Shown here: one piece after another, positions 37,232 through 46,282 of the stretch | Numbering within the stretch: the stretch's first letter is position 1 | Layout of the letters: each line of letters opens with the position of its first letter | Origin: an uncultured Bacilli bacterium | Lineage (GTDB): Bacteria > Bacillota_I > Bacilli_A > RFN20 > CAG-826 | DNA length: 64,000 nt | NCBI GenBank assembly: GCA_944363565.1 | Contig: CALVUI010000001.1 | Coordinates: forward strand, 337,676 to 401,675 | Direction: 5' to 3' | Notes under the pieces: model-generated | The model's database searches: none | What the model saw: only the letters and a program-made list of their open reading frames with translations | What the model was told of the DNA's origin: nothing | Position numbers and translations under genes: made by a program

Positions 37232-39025
37232 TTAGTTGGTCCCTTTCTTTTGCTTTTCGAGCAATTGCTTTCTTCTCTTGGCGAATTCCTCCAAGACCGC
37301 GGCCTGCTCATTGGGGTTCTTCCCCTGGAGGCTCTTGGTGGTCTTGGCCTTGAGGGCCAGGTTGGCCTTTTCTTCGTTTAAGGCATCCCTAGCCGCGTCC
37401 ATGTCCTTTTCGCTATAGGCGGGATGGAAGTCCTCGCTGGCGATGTCGGTGATCTCGTCGACCAGTTTTTGATCGGCCCCGTCTTCCTCGAGTAGTCCCA
37501 GCAAGAGGGCGAGGTCGGCCTTCCCATCATGGGCGCCCGCGGCGTCCATCAGATAGTTGGCGATCTCTTCGTACTCGGGGGTGATGAAGGCGTCGATCTT
37601 CTCCTTGAAGTAGACCAGCGCGGCTTCGTAGTTGAGCATGTAGTAGAGGATGTCCCTCTCGATGGAGGCGAGGCGCGAGAGACCGCTTCGGCCTTTTCTC
37701 ACGGTGCCGTTGGCCTTCACCGTCCCCTCGACCGAGGTTTTCTTCTCCCTGGGTTTCAGGAGGAGGGAGTTGATGGCCCCGCTGGAATAGCCGGTGGCCT
37801 GACTGAGCCTCACGATCCCCTCTTCCCGCTTGATCCCTTCCGGGAGCGAGGCGAGGTAGGGAATGAAGGCTTCGGCCAGTTTCTGCCTCTCCCTTTCGTT
37901 CTGGGGCTTCTTGGTATTGGTGAAGTAGCTAAGGCGGAAGGCGAAGGGATCGACGAGGTTATTGAGCCTCTTCCTTAGGGCCTCTTCCCCTTCTTCCCTC
38001 AAGACGTCATCGACGTCCCTTTCGTCGGTATTCTGGACCAGGCGGTAGGGAATGCCGCTTTGGTCGAGGAGTTTGAGGGAGCTATACATCGCGTGTTGCC
38101 CGGCCGCGTCCCCGTCGAGGCTAAGGCGGATCTCCGCCCCGAAGGTCCTGAGGATCTTGAGGTGCTCGGCGGTCAAGGCCGTGCCCATGAGGGCGACGGC
38201 CGGTTCCCCGATCGAATCGAGGGCGATGACGTCGGCCAGTCCTTCCAAGACATAGACGTAACCCTTCTCCCGGGCCGTCCTGGCCGCCAAGTTGGCCCCA
38301 TAGAGGACCGAGGACTTGTGGAAGAGGACGGTCTCGGGGCTATTTTGGTACTTCGGGATGTCCTTGTCGGAGCTTAATCTCCGACACGAGAGGCCGATCG
38401 GCCGCGATTCGAGGTCGTAGATCGGGAAGACGAGGCGGCCGTGGTTGACGTCCGCCATCTTCTCCGAGACATTGGCGATCCCGATCCCCTCGATGGTCTT
38501 GGGGGTATGGCCCTTGCGTCTAAGGAAGGCCACCGTCACTTCCCCGTCTTCGGGGGCGTAGCCGAGGCCGAAGCGGGTGCTTTGCTGATCGGAGATCCCG
38601 CGGTTACGCAGGTATTCGAGGGCGGCATGGCCACCCGCGGTCTTCAGTTGGTAGGAATAGAAGGCCACGAGGTCCTTCATGCAGGCGAAATAGGGTTCCT
38701 TCCCCCTTTCGGCCGCCGAGGGCTTCCGGTTTTCGAGTTCCGGGATGTTGAGTCCCATGATGGAAGCGACCTTGCGGGCCGCCGACCAGAAGTCGAGGTG
38801 CTCGTATTCCATGACGAAGGAAATGGCGTTGCCACCCTTCCCGTCGACGAAGCATTTGAAGATCTGGCGCTTGGGACTGACGTGGAGGCTAGGATGGGTA
38901 TCGGGATGGAAGGGGCAGACGGCCAGGTAGTCGTTGCCCTTCTTGATCACGGGTATGTAGAAACTGACCACCTTGACGATGTCGGTGTTGGCGAGCAGTT
39001 TTTCAATAGCCGGATTCTTGTTGAT
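37232..39025 (-). CDS. dnaG: DNA primase. The true start is probably upstream of the track's GTG, at a non-canonical codon near 39025
   Basis: Zinc-finger region CPFHPDTHPS...KCFVDGKGGN, TOPRIM, C-terminal helicase-interaction domain. The in-frame upstream extension encodes the conserved DnaG N-terminus NKNPAIEKLLANTDIVKVV, preceded by GGAGGAAAGG. Confidence 0.75.
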   Translation of the reverse strand: MNKNPAIEKLLANTDIVKVVSFYIPVIKKGNDYLAVCPFHPDTHPSLHVSPKRQIFKCFVDGKGGNAISFVMEYEHLDFWSAARKVASIMGLNIPELENRKPSAAERGKEPYFACMKDLVAFYSYQLKTAGGHAALEYLRNRGISDQQSTRFGLGYAPEDGEVTVAFLRRKGHTPKTIEGIGIANVSEKMADVNHGRLVFPIYDLESRPIGLSCRRLSSDKDIPKYQNSPETVLFHKSSVLYGANLAARTAREKGYVYVLEGLADVIALDSIGEPAVALMGTALTAEHLKILRTFGAEIRLSLDGDAAGQHAMYSSLKLLDQSGIPYRLVQNTDERDVDDVLREEGEEALRKRLNNLVDPFAFRLSYFTNTKKPQNERERQKLAEAFIPYLASLPEGIKREEGIVRLSQATGYSSGAINSLLLKPREKKTSVEGTVKANGTVRKGRSGLSRLASIERDILYYMLNYEAALVYFKEKIDAFITPEYEEIANYLMDAAGAHDGKADLALLLGLLEEDGADQKLVDEITDIASEDFHPAYSEKDMDAARDALNEEKANLALKAKTTKSLQGKNPNEQAAVLEEFAKRRKQLLEKQKKGTN

Positions 39026-39085
39026 AACCTTTCCTCCAATACAAAGTATTGTATCTACTAATTAATTACTGATTTCCTACTTGTA

Positions 39086-40465
39086 TCAGTAGAAGCACTT
39101 CACCCGGAAGTAGTTGACCAGGTCGGTGATGGGAAGACGGATTTGGGCCATCGTATCGCGGTCGCGGACGGTGACGGTCTGGTCTTCGAGGGTTGTAAAG
39201 TCGATGGTGACGCAGAAGGGGGTCCCGATCTCGTCCTGGCGGCGGTAGCGCTTCCCGATCGAGGCGGTGTCGTCATAGACGCAGCTGAAGTGCTGGGTCA
39301 AGATCTTGAGGACTTCGTTGGCCTTTTCGGAGAGCTTCCGGTTGAGGGGCAAGACGGCGACCTTATAGGGGGCGAGGGCCGGGAGGAGATGCATGACCTT
39401 GCGGTCTTCTTCCCCTTCTTTCCTTTCGACGTCGTAGGCATCGACGAGGGTCATGAGCATGAGACGGTCGAGGCCCATCGAGGGTTCGATGCAGTAAGGC
39501 AGGTAACGGCGCCCTTCTTCCTGATCGAAGTAAGTGAGGTCTTCCCCGCTCTTGTCCTGGTGGCGCTTCAAATCGTAATCGGTCCGGTCGGCGATCCCGA
39601 GGATCTCCCCGAAGCCAAGGGACGGGAAATCGTATTCGACGTCGGTCGTGGCCTTGCTATAGAAGGCCAGCTCGGCCGGCTCGTGGTCACGGTAACGGAG
39701 GTTTTCTTCCTTGACGCCGAGGGAACGGACGAATTTCAAGGAGTAATCCTTCCAATAGTTGAACCATTCGATGTCGGTCCCGGGCTTGCAGAAGAACTCG
39801 AGTTCGAGTTGTTCGAATTCCCTAGTTCTAAAGGTGAAGTTCCCCGGGGTGATCTCATTGCGGAAGCTTTTCCCGGAATTGCAGATCCCAAAGGGCAGCT
39901 TCTTCCTCGCGGTCCTCATGACGTTTTTGAAGTTCACGAAGACGCCTTGGGCGGTTTCCGGACGCAGGTAGACGACCGATTCGTTGCCCTCGGTGACACC
40001 GATGTGGGTCTTGAACATCATGTTGAACTTCCGGATGGGCGTGAACTCCGCCTTCCCGCATTCGGGGCAGACGATGCCGTGTTCCTTGATGAAGGCATCC
40101 ATCTCCTCGTAGGTCATTCCGTCGGTATCGGCCTCCGGGTGTTCGGACTTGATGAGGCTATCGGCCCTGAAACGCGCCTTGCAGTACTTGCAGTCGACCA
40201 TCGGGTCGTTGAAGGTCGAGACGTGGCCGGTGGCCTCCCAGACCTTCGGGTTCATGAGGATGGCGGAGTCGATCCCGACGTTGGTGGGCGACTCCTGGAC
40301 GAAGCGCTTCCACCACATGGCTTTGATGTTCTTCTTCAGCTCGGCCCCCAGGGGTCCGTAGTCCCAGGTGTTGCTGAGACCCCCGTAGATCTGGGAACCG
40401 GGATAGACGTAGCCCGTCAGTTGGAGGTGGGAAACGATTTCTTCAAAGGAAAATTCACTGGCCAT
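39086..40465 (-). CDS. glyQS: Glycine--tRNA ligase, single-chain form
   Basis: Start at MASEFSF (AAGGAG 9 nt upstream). Class II aaRS motifs, recO-era-cdd-ybeY synteny. Confidence 0.85.
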   Translation of the reverse strand: MASEFSFEEIVSHLQLTGYVYPGSQIYGGLSNTWDYGPLGAELKKNIKAMWWKRFVQESPTNVGIDSAILMNPKVWEATGHVSTFNDPMVDCKYCKARFRADSLIKSEHPEADTDGMTYEEMDAFIKEHGIVCPECGKAEFTPIRKFNMMFKTHIGVTEGNESVVYLRPETAQGVFVNFKNVMRTARKKLPFGICNSGKSFRNEITPGNFTFRTREFEQLELEFFCKPGTDIEWFNYWKDYSLKFVRSLGVKEENLRYRDHEPAELAFYSKATTDVEYDFPSLGFGEILGIADRTDYDLKRHQDKSGEDLTYFDQEEGRRYLPYCIEPSMGLDRLMLMTLVDAYDVERKEGEEDRKVMHLLPALAPYKVAVLPLNRKLSEKANEVLKILTQHFSCVYDDTASIGKRYRRQDEIGTPFCVTIDFTTLEDQTVTVRDRDTMAQIRLPITDLVNYFRVKCFY

Positions 40466-40518
40466 CGATATTTGCTCCTTGATTACACTAGATGCAAAGC
40501 ACTCACAAAACGCGTGTG

Positions 40519-40546
40519 ATTTTAAAGGTTTGTTAAAATTTGTCAA
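40519..40546 (-). promoter_or_regulatory. Sigma-A-type promoter for glyQS: TTGACA-N16-TAAAAT, with a TTGACAAATT direct repeat
   Basis: Minus-strand -35 at 40546..40541, -10 at 40524..40519, second TTGACAAATT copy at 40560-40569. Confidence 0.45.
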
Positions 40547-40572
40547 TTCGAAATAATAGAATTTGTCAACCC

Positions 40573-41289
40573 TTACAAATTCTTGCCGAAACTCACGGAT
40601 TTGAGGGATAGCCCGGCCCGTTCCTCGAGGTAGATCCCAAAGCTTTCGATGAAATAGAGGGCCTCGTCCTGGGGCAATTTCAAAACCCCATCCCGCGGGA
40701 GATGGAAGAGGCGATAGACGTCTTGCATGATGGACAGGGAGCTATGGGGCAAATCGCTTCCATGCTCGCGGCAGAGGAAACCGCCCTTTTCAAAGGAAAA
40801 GACGGTTAGGCCCTTTTTGGTCCCGCAGACCAGGCAGCCGTCGGTTTCGGGGGCCACCCCCAATAAGGCCGAAAGCCTGGCTAGGAATAGGGCGGATAGA
40901 CCCAAGGGTTCTTCCTTGTTCTCGAATCTTTCCATCAGTTCGGCGGTCAGGGCGTAGAGATCCTTGGCCTCGGCCCCTTCGGAGGATTTGGAGAGGCCTT
41001 CGGAGAGCAAGGATAGGAAGGCCATTTCCTCGAGGCTTTTCCCAAAAGGCGTCTTCGAAAAGGGGCTTCCTTCCTTGAGGGAAAGCTTGTCGCCCTTGCC
41101 TTTTGCCAAAAGGAAGCGGACCTTGGTCAGGGGGAACATGAAGGATCTAAATGGCGATTTGGGGGAAGATAGACCCCGGACCGCGAATGAAAAATAGCCC
41201 TCTTCCCCGAGGGCCAAAGCCATCGAGGAGGAGTCGCTATAGGGGGTGAGGCGGAGGAGGTAGCCGGTCCGCTCAATCGTTTCCGGCAT
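40573..41289 (-). CDS. recO: DNA repair protein RecO
   Basis: 238 aa. C-terminal CLVCG...CREHG zinc motif. Sits between era and glyQS. Confidence 0.8.
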   Translation of the reverse strand: MPETIERTGYLLRLTPYSDSSSMALALGEEGYFSFAVRGLSSPKSPFRSFMFPLTKVRFLLAKGKGDKLSLKEGSPFSKTPFGKSLEEMAFLSLLSEGLSKSSEGAEAKDLYALTAELMERFENKEEPLGLSALFLARLSALLGVAPETDGCLVCGTKKGLTVFSFEKGGFLCREHGSDLPHSSLSIMQDVYRLFHLPRDGVLKLPQDEALYFIESFGIYLEERAGLSLKSVSFGKNL

Positions 41290-42154
41290 AGCCCAAATAG
41301 GCCAGCCACTTGGCGGAACTGCGCCAATTGGGGGCGGCCTTGCAATCGAGGTAGAGGCTGACGTGGGCGTGGAAGTCCTTTTCCATCTGCTGCCTGGCCG
41401 CCATCGAGATCTTCTTGACCATTTCCCCGTTCTTCCCGACCACGATCGGCAGGTGGCCCTTGGAATCGACGTAGACCGTGGCCTCGATGGAGATGGAGTC
41501 GCCTTTCTTGGTAAAGGAATCGATCTTGACGGCCGCCGTATGGGGGATTTCGTCCTTGAGGAAGCGGAGCATCTTCTCCCTGATCACTTCTCTCGCCATG
41601 AATTCCTGGCCGTGGTCGCTATACCTATTTTCCTCATAGAAGGCCGGCCCTTCCGGCATGTAAGCCTTGAAGGCCTCCTTGCACTCGGCGAGGCCGTAGT
41701 TCCTGAGGGCTGAAAGTTCGATGAACTTGGCATTGGGAAAAGCATTGGTGAAGAACTCCCGGGCCGCCTGGCCTTCGGGGACCGTCACCAGATCGATCTT
41801 GTTGTAACCGATGATGAGAGGGATCGAAAGACGAAGGTCCTTGATAGTCTTGGCCTCGCCTTCGTTGTCGCCCTTGGAGGCATCGATGAGGTAGAAGACG
41901 CAGTCGGCTCCCTGGAGGGCGCCCTTGACGTTTTTGAGCATCAGCTTGTAGAGGCCTTCCTTCCCCTCGAAGATCCCCGGGGTATCGCTCAAAGCGATCT
42001 CGAGGTCCTTTTCGTGGTAGATCCCAAGGATATTGTCCCTGGTCGTCTGGGCCTTGGGGGAAACAATCGAGACCTTCTTGCTCAGAAAGGCGTTGACGAA
42101 GGTCGACTTCCCGGCGTTGGGGCGGCCGACCACGGCCACGAGGCCGCTTTTCAT
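41273..42154 (-). CDS. era: GTPase Era
   Basis: GRPNAGKST, DTPG, KH domain. Confidence 0.9.
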   Translation of the reverse strand: MKSGLVAVVGRPNAGKSTFVNAFLSKKVSIVSPKAQTTRDNILGIYHEKDLEIALSDTPGIFEGKEGLYKLMLKNVKGALQGADCVFYLIDASKGDNEGEAKTIKDLRLSIPLIIGYNKIDLVTVPEGQAAREFFTNAFPNAKFIELSALRNYGLAECKEAFKAYMPEGPAFYEENRYSDHGQEFMAREVIREKMLRFLKDEIPHTAAVKIDSFTKKGDSISIEATVYVDSKGHLPIVVGKNGEMVKKISMAARQQMEKDFHAHVSLYLDCKAAPNWRSSAKWLAYLGYAGND

Positions 42155-42549
42155 AGGTCGCTCCCGTCGAAGGCAAAAGGCAAAAGGTGTTCGGCGTCAG
42201 TGACCTTGACGTCCCCTTTGAGGTTCGACATGTAGATGGGGGCGTCATGCGGGAAGAGCTCGCTGATGACCTGGCGGCAGGCCCCGCAGGGGGAACAGGG
42301 TCCCGCGGTATCGGCGGTCACGGCCAAGGCCAAGAGGTCGTCCTTGCTTTGGCCGTCCATGTAGGCGGCGTAGATGGCATTGCGCTCGGCGCACATGCAA
42401 AGGGGGTAGGAGGAGTTCTCGATGTTGGCCCCGTGGTAGACCTTGCCGTTTTTGCACAAAACGGCGGCCCCGACCGCGAAGCCGCTATAGGGGCTATAGG
42501 ACCGCTTGCGGGCTTCCTCGGCTTCCTTGATCAGTTCAAAGCTTTCCAT
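42151..42549 (-). CDS. cdd: Cytidine deaminase
   Basis: CAERNA...PCGACRQ zinc motifs. Confidence 0.85.
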   Translation of the reverse strand: MESFELIKEAEEARKRSYSPYSGFAVGAAVLCKNGKVYHGANIENSSYPLCMCAERNAIYAAYMDGQSKDDLLALAVTADTAGPCSPCGACRQVISELFPHDAPIYMSNLKGDVKVTDAEHLLPFAFDGSDL

Positions 42550-43015
42550 AAATCTCCTCGAATTCCCCCATGATTTCCCTTTGGAGCGGGAACATGACCT
42601 CTTCGTCCTCCTTCGTCATATGGTCATAACCTAGTAGGTGAAGGAGGCCGTGGACGAAGAGAAAGCAGATTTCCCTCTCGAAGGAATTCCCGATTTCCTC
42701 CGCCTGTTCCCTGGCCCGATCCAAGCAGATGAGGATGGTCCCTAGCATCATCTCCCCCTCGAAGGGTTGGATCTGGTCCTTGGGATCATGGTCATCGAGG
42801 AAGGCGAAGGAGATGACGTCGGTCACCGCGTCCTTCTCTCGGTAATCCCGGTTGATGGCCCGGATTTCCTCGGGCCTCAAAAAAGAGACGTCGATCTCGT
42901 AGTCTTCTTCGACCGCGAGGCGCTTGGCCACGATATCGGCTAGATGGGGGTAATTTTCCCTAGCCGCCGCCGGGGCCTCTTCGTCCAAAAGTACGTGCAT
43001 GGCCCCATTATACAA
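42536..43015 (-). CDS. ybeY: Endoribonuclease YbeY
   Basis: HGLLHLLGYDH motif. Confidence 0.85.
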   Translation of the reverse strand: MYNGAMHVLLDEEAPAAARENYPHLADIVAKRLAVEEDYEIDVSFLRPEEIRAINRDYREKDAVTDVISFAFLDDHDPKDQIQPFEGEMMLGTILICLDRAREQAEEIGNSFEREICFLFVHGLLHLLGYDHMTKEDEEVMFPLQREIMGEFEEIYGKL

Positions 43016-43034
43016 AGGGGGCTAACGTTTGTCC

Positions 43035-44216
43035 CTAGAGGAAGTCGCGCCTAAAGGCGATTTCCGCCCCCTTGTAGAAAGGGTAGGCCGATAGGCCTTC
43101 GAGGAAGGCCCCGAGTGTCAAGCTTAAGCAATGGAAGCTGAAGAAACAGAACAAGAAGTAATTGAGGCTGAGGCTCGGGCCCAAAAGGGTGGAAAGAAGG
43201 GCCAAGACCGCCTCTAGGAAGATCATGAAGATCTTGCGGTAGGTCAGGACATTCCCGAGCCTCTCCCCGTTTTGAAAAAGGGAGAGGAAGGTCTCCTTCT
43301 TGGCCCCGCCCGGGATACGGAGGTTACGCTCTTCCCTTTCAAGGGCCAGGTTCTTCCTTCTCAAAAACCCTTGGAGGAAGAAGGCATCGATGGCCAGAAA
43401 GAGAATGAGGACCGAGATCGGGACGAAGAAAGAAGGATCATTGAGGGTAAAGAGGACCATGAGGGATATCCCGGTCAGGAAGGAAGTGAAGAGGCGGATC
43501 GGGAAGGCGTGGTAACGGCCCTTGAAGGCCGAGTAATCGCGATAGGCCGAGATGGCGTCCTCGTCCTTATCGGCCAAGGCCGAGAGATGATCCTCGTCGA
43601 ACTTCCTAAGGACCTTGACCGCGTAGAGACGCGAGAAGACCTCGAAGAGGGCAAAGAGGCATAGACAAGTGACCGGAAGCAGGATGCCACGGTCATCCCC
43701 GAGGAAGAAGAAGGCTAGTAGCAAGAGGGCCTCCGCCAAAATGGACGTCGCTAGGCATAGCCCCCTCCCTAACCGCGGCAACTGTTCGGGAATCGGCCCG
43801 GCAAAGGGCCGGGGGTCGCTATTGGAAGGATGGAGGAACTGGCCGTTCCAAGACTCCAGGAGTTTGGACATCAAGACCAAGCGGCTCCCCTCCAAGGGAT
43901 CGCGGATTTTCGCAAAGGGGCCGATGGCCCCGTCATAGATTACCATGTGGGTCCCTCCGCCTTCGACATTCAAGACTAGAAGGACCGGCAGGGACTTCTC
44001 TTCCCTCAGTTCCTCCTTCCTCGAGGCGGCATAGGCCTCGAGGGTCAGACCTTGGGTGGCGGCCAGCTCGATCAATTGCTCCAGGGACAAGGGCCCTTTG
44101 GCGTAGGACTTCAGATACACATAATCCTTATCATCATAGAGGTCGGAAAGGAGCATCCGGAGGCAATCGAGGCCGCAGTCGCCCTCGCGGGCCGAAACAT
44201 AAACGTGTCTTTTCAC
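43035..44216 (-). CDS. Peptidase C39-like domain fused to a polytopic membrane domain, with no ABC ATPase
   Basis: N-terminal GDCGLDCLRML (Cys) and GGTHMVIYDG (His), followed by ~6 predicted transmembrane segments. Confidence 0.5.
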   Translation of the reverse strand: MKRHVYVSAREGDCGLDCLRMLLSDLYDDKDYVYLKSYAKGPLSLEQLIELAATQGLTLEAYAASRKEELREEKSLPVLLVLNVEGGGTHMVIYDGAIGPFAKIRDPLEGSRLVLMSKLLESWNGQFLHPSNSDPRPFAGPIPEQLPRLGRGLCLATSILAEALLLLAFFFLGDDRGILLPVTCLCLFALFEVFSRLYAVKVLRKFDEDHLSALADKDEDAISAYRDYSAFKGRYHAFPIRLFTSFLTGISLMVLFTLNDPSFFVPISVLILFLAIDAFFLQGFLRRKNLALEREERNLRIPGGAKKETFLSLFQNGERLGNVLTYRKIFMIFLEAVLALLSTLLGPSLSLNYFLFCFFSFHCLSLTLGAFLEGLSAYPFYKGAEIAFRRDFL

Positions 44217-44260
44217 ATCCTAATATAGGCAGGAAATTGAAGGATGGTCCCTATGACGAC

Positions 44261-44282
44261 GAAAAAAGGGGCCGGAGCCCCT
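44261..44282 (-). terminator. Rho-independent terminator after rpmA
   Basis: Minus-strand aggggctccggcccc hairpin followed by TTTTTT. Confidence 0.6.
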
Positions 44283-44302
44283 GTTTTCCTTGATGGACCT
44301 TC

Positions 44303-44593
44303 TTACTTGCCTTCGGCGTAGACCGAGACCTTGGTCCCGCGGCGGCCGAAGCGTTCATAGCGGACGATGCCGTCGATGGTGGCGAAGATCGTGTCGTCGC
44401 CACCGATCATGGCGCCGGTTCCGGGATGGACCTTGGTACCGCGTTGACGGTAGAGAATGCTACCGGCGGTCGCGAACTGCCCGTCGCCCTTCTTGGCGCC
44501 GAGGCGGCGACCGGCCGAGTCACGGCCGTTCTTGGTCGAGCTCACGCCCTTCTTGGAGGCGAAGAGCTGAAGGTCAATGCGTTTTAGGAACAT
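44303..44593 (-). CDS. rpmA: 50S ribosomal protein L27, with an N-terminal propeptide cleaved by Prp
   Basis: [16 protein letters not shown] cleavage motif, then conserved L27 core. Confidence 0.9.
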   Translation of the reverse strand: MFLKRIDLQLFASKKGVSSTKNGRDSAGRRLGAKKGDGQFATAGSILYRQRGTKVHPGTGAMIGGDDTIFATIDGIVRYERFGRRGTKVSVYAEGK

Positions 44594-44903
44594 TGTGCTT
44601 CTTCCTTTCTAGCACCGCGTACTCCGGATAGGAGATGGCAATGCTTTCGATCTGGACGATGATGACTTCTAGGACCGTCTGGTCATGGGTGGTCAGGGCT
44701 TCCTTCCTCACGAAGCGGAAGTGTCCGGGCCTCACCTCAACGAGGTGGCTTTCCGGATGTTCCAGGGCGTTGAGGCCACCCTGGGAAACGGCGCTGACGG
44801 CGGCGCAGACGATGTCTTGGCCTTTGGCTCCGTAACCGGCGTGTCCAGAGATTTCGAGGGACTTGACTCCCCCTTCGTCATAGACGGCTACGGCTTTCAC
44901 CAT
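44574..44903 (-). CDS. prp: Ribosomal-processing cysteine protease Prp
   Basis: 109 aa between rplU and rpmA. GHAGYG...DIVCAAVS (His/Cys dyad). Confidence 0.8.
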   Translation of the reverse strand: MVKAVAVYDEGGVKSLEISGHAGYGAKGQDIVCAAVSAVSQGGLNALEHPESHLVEVRPGHFRFVRKEALTTHDQTVLEVIIVQIESIAISYPEYAVLERKKHNVPKTH

Positions 44904-44905
44904 GG

Positions 44906-45214
44906 TTAGGCGTTGATGGCCTTGACCACCAGGCAGGTATAGGGCTGGCGGTGGCCGATCTTCTTGCGTTCGTTGGTCTTGGCCTTGTATTTATAGACCG
45001 TGAGCTTCGGCGAGAGGCCTTGCTTCTCGACCTTGGCAACGACGCTGGCGCCCTTGACGAACGGGGTGCCGACCTGGGCCTTCTCCCCGCCGACGTAAAG
45101 AACGTGGTCGAGGGTGATTTCCTTCCCGGCTTCGGCGTCGATCTTCTCGACGTAGATCTTGTCGCCGACGGCGACCTTGACCTGCTTGCCGCCGGTTTCC
45201 AATATGGCGTACAT
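44906..45214 (-). CDS. rplU: 50S ribosomal protein L21
   Basis: [14 protein letters not shown]... Confidence 0.9.
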   Translation of the reverse strand: MYAILETGGKQVKVAVGDKIYVEKIDAEAGKEITLDHVLYVGGEKAQVGTPFVKGASVVAKVEKQGLSPKLTVYKYKAKTNERKKIGHRQPYTCLVVKAINA

Positions 45215-45330
45215 GCTTGACTTACTCCTCCATTTGACTAAGTACTCGCTCTGACGGCGGGCTCCTCAAGCCGCTTGTAGCCGTGTCGAAGCGGTTGTAG
45301 CCCGAAGGCTTCAACGGGCGTGATTATATC
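45215..45330 (-). ncRNA. Structured 5' leader of the rplU-prp-rpmA operon (L21-leader-like)
   Basis: -10 TATAAT (minus strand, 45328..45323). Two hairpins: GTTGAAGCC-TTCG-GGCTaCAAC and GCCGCTTG...CAAGCGGC. Confidence 0.4.
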
Positions 45331-45344
45331 CTAGCCTCCCCCTT

Positions 45345-45368
45345 TTTAAAAGGGGGAATAATCCCCCT
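45345..45368 (-). terminator. Rho-independent terminator after radC
   Basis: GGGGG-AUUAUU-CCCCC-UUUU on the minus strand. An alternative CCCCC/GGGGG pairing with 45338-42 is possible. Confidence 0.55.
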
Positions 45369-45373
45369 CTAAA

Positions 45374-46039
45374 TTAAAGGAGTCCTTCCTTGGCGAATGA
45401 GAAGTAACCAGTGGCGGAAATGACCAGATGATCCTCAAGGCGCAGCCCCTCTTTCTTGAGGGCCAGGGATAGCTTCGAAGTCGCTTCCAGATCGCTGGAA
45501 GAAGGGAAATAAAGTCCGCCTGGATGGTTATGGACCAGTAGACAAGACGGAAAGCCGCCCTCCTTCAAAAGGGAAACCACCTTCTCCAAGGCAATGGTTA
45601 TCGAGGATCCTAGACCTAGCATCCTCTCCTTCTTAACGTTTCCCTTCTGGTCCAAAAGCAAGAGCAAGAGGCGTTCGTCCTCGTACTCCCCGCGGTACCG
45701 CCGCCAAATCTCCTCGCTACTGGGTCGCTTGGTCCTTTCGTAACGGGTCTTCTCGACCCGGCGTGATAGTTCGAGTCCCGCCGCCACCCGCAAGGCCTTG
45801 GCTCCCTTGACCCCGTGGGTTTCGAGGACCTCCGATTTGGCTTTTAGAGACAGTCCCAAAAGGCCACCCTCTTGCAAAAGCAAGGCCTCGGCCGTTTCCA
45901 ATACCGAACGGCCCCTGGTTCCCGTTCCTAGTAACAAAGCCAGGACTTCGGCGTCGCTCAAAGAGGCGATCCCGTGTCTTAAAGCCTTCTCGCGGGGCCG
46001 CTCTTCCAGGGGCAGGGCCTTAAGGCCCCTTAGTTCCAT
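45374..46039 (-). CDS. radC: RadC-like JAB-domain protein (UPF0758)
   Basis: Start at MELRGLKALPLEERPREK (HhH N-domain). LLVHNHPGG and SSSD motifs. Confidence 0.75.
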   Translation of the reverse strand: MELRGLKALPLEERPREKALRHGIASLSDAEVLALLLGTGTRGRSVLETAEALLLQEGGLLGLSLKAKSEVLETHGVKGAKALRVAAGLELSRRVEKTRYERTKRPSSEEIWRRYRGEYEDERLLLLLLDQKGNVKKERMLGLGSSITIALEKVVSLLKEGGFPSCLLVHNHPGGLYFPSSSDLEATSKLSLALKKEGLRLEDHLVISATGYFSFAKEGLL

Positions 46040-46212
46040 TCGAAGGTGAAGCCGCCGGGGAGTTTGACGCTTCCCTCCTTCGACTTGAAGAGATTGTAGG
46101 CCACGACGGCGATGATCCCGATGGCGAGGATCGCCATGACCGCTGTCAAGGTGATGGCCTCCCCGGGCAAGGTATTTCTGAGCTCCTGCTGGCTCAAAGG
46201 TCTTTTTTCCAT
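46030..46212 (-). CDS. Small membrane protein
   Basis: 60 aa with one transmembrane helix. GGAGG 7 nt upstream. Confidence 0.45.
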   Translation of the reverse strand: MEKRPLSQQELRNTLPGEAITLTAVMAILAIGIIAVVAYNLFKSKEGSVKLPGGFTFEWN

Positions 46213-46245
46213 AAGACATCCTCCTATCCACCCAAAGATAGGAAG

Positions 46246-46274
46246 AAAAAGGGGCCAGAGGCCCCCTTTTGTTT
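46246..46274. terminator. Bidirectional terminator after valS
   Basis: ggggcc-aga-ggcccc stem flanked by A-run and T-run. Confidence 0.55.
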
Positions 46275-46282
46275 CCGAACGA

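Noticed and set aside
39143-40519. 458 aa plus-strand ORF opposite glyQS
   Set aside because: Asp/Gly/Val-rich antisense shadow of glycyl-tRNA synthetase
40466-40572. T-box riboswitch upstream of glyQS
   Set aside because: The intergenic region is only ~104 nt with a promoter ~50 nt from the ATG. There is no GGGTGGNACCGCG sequence. It is too short for a T-box
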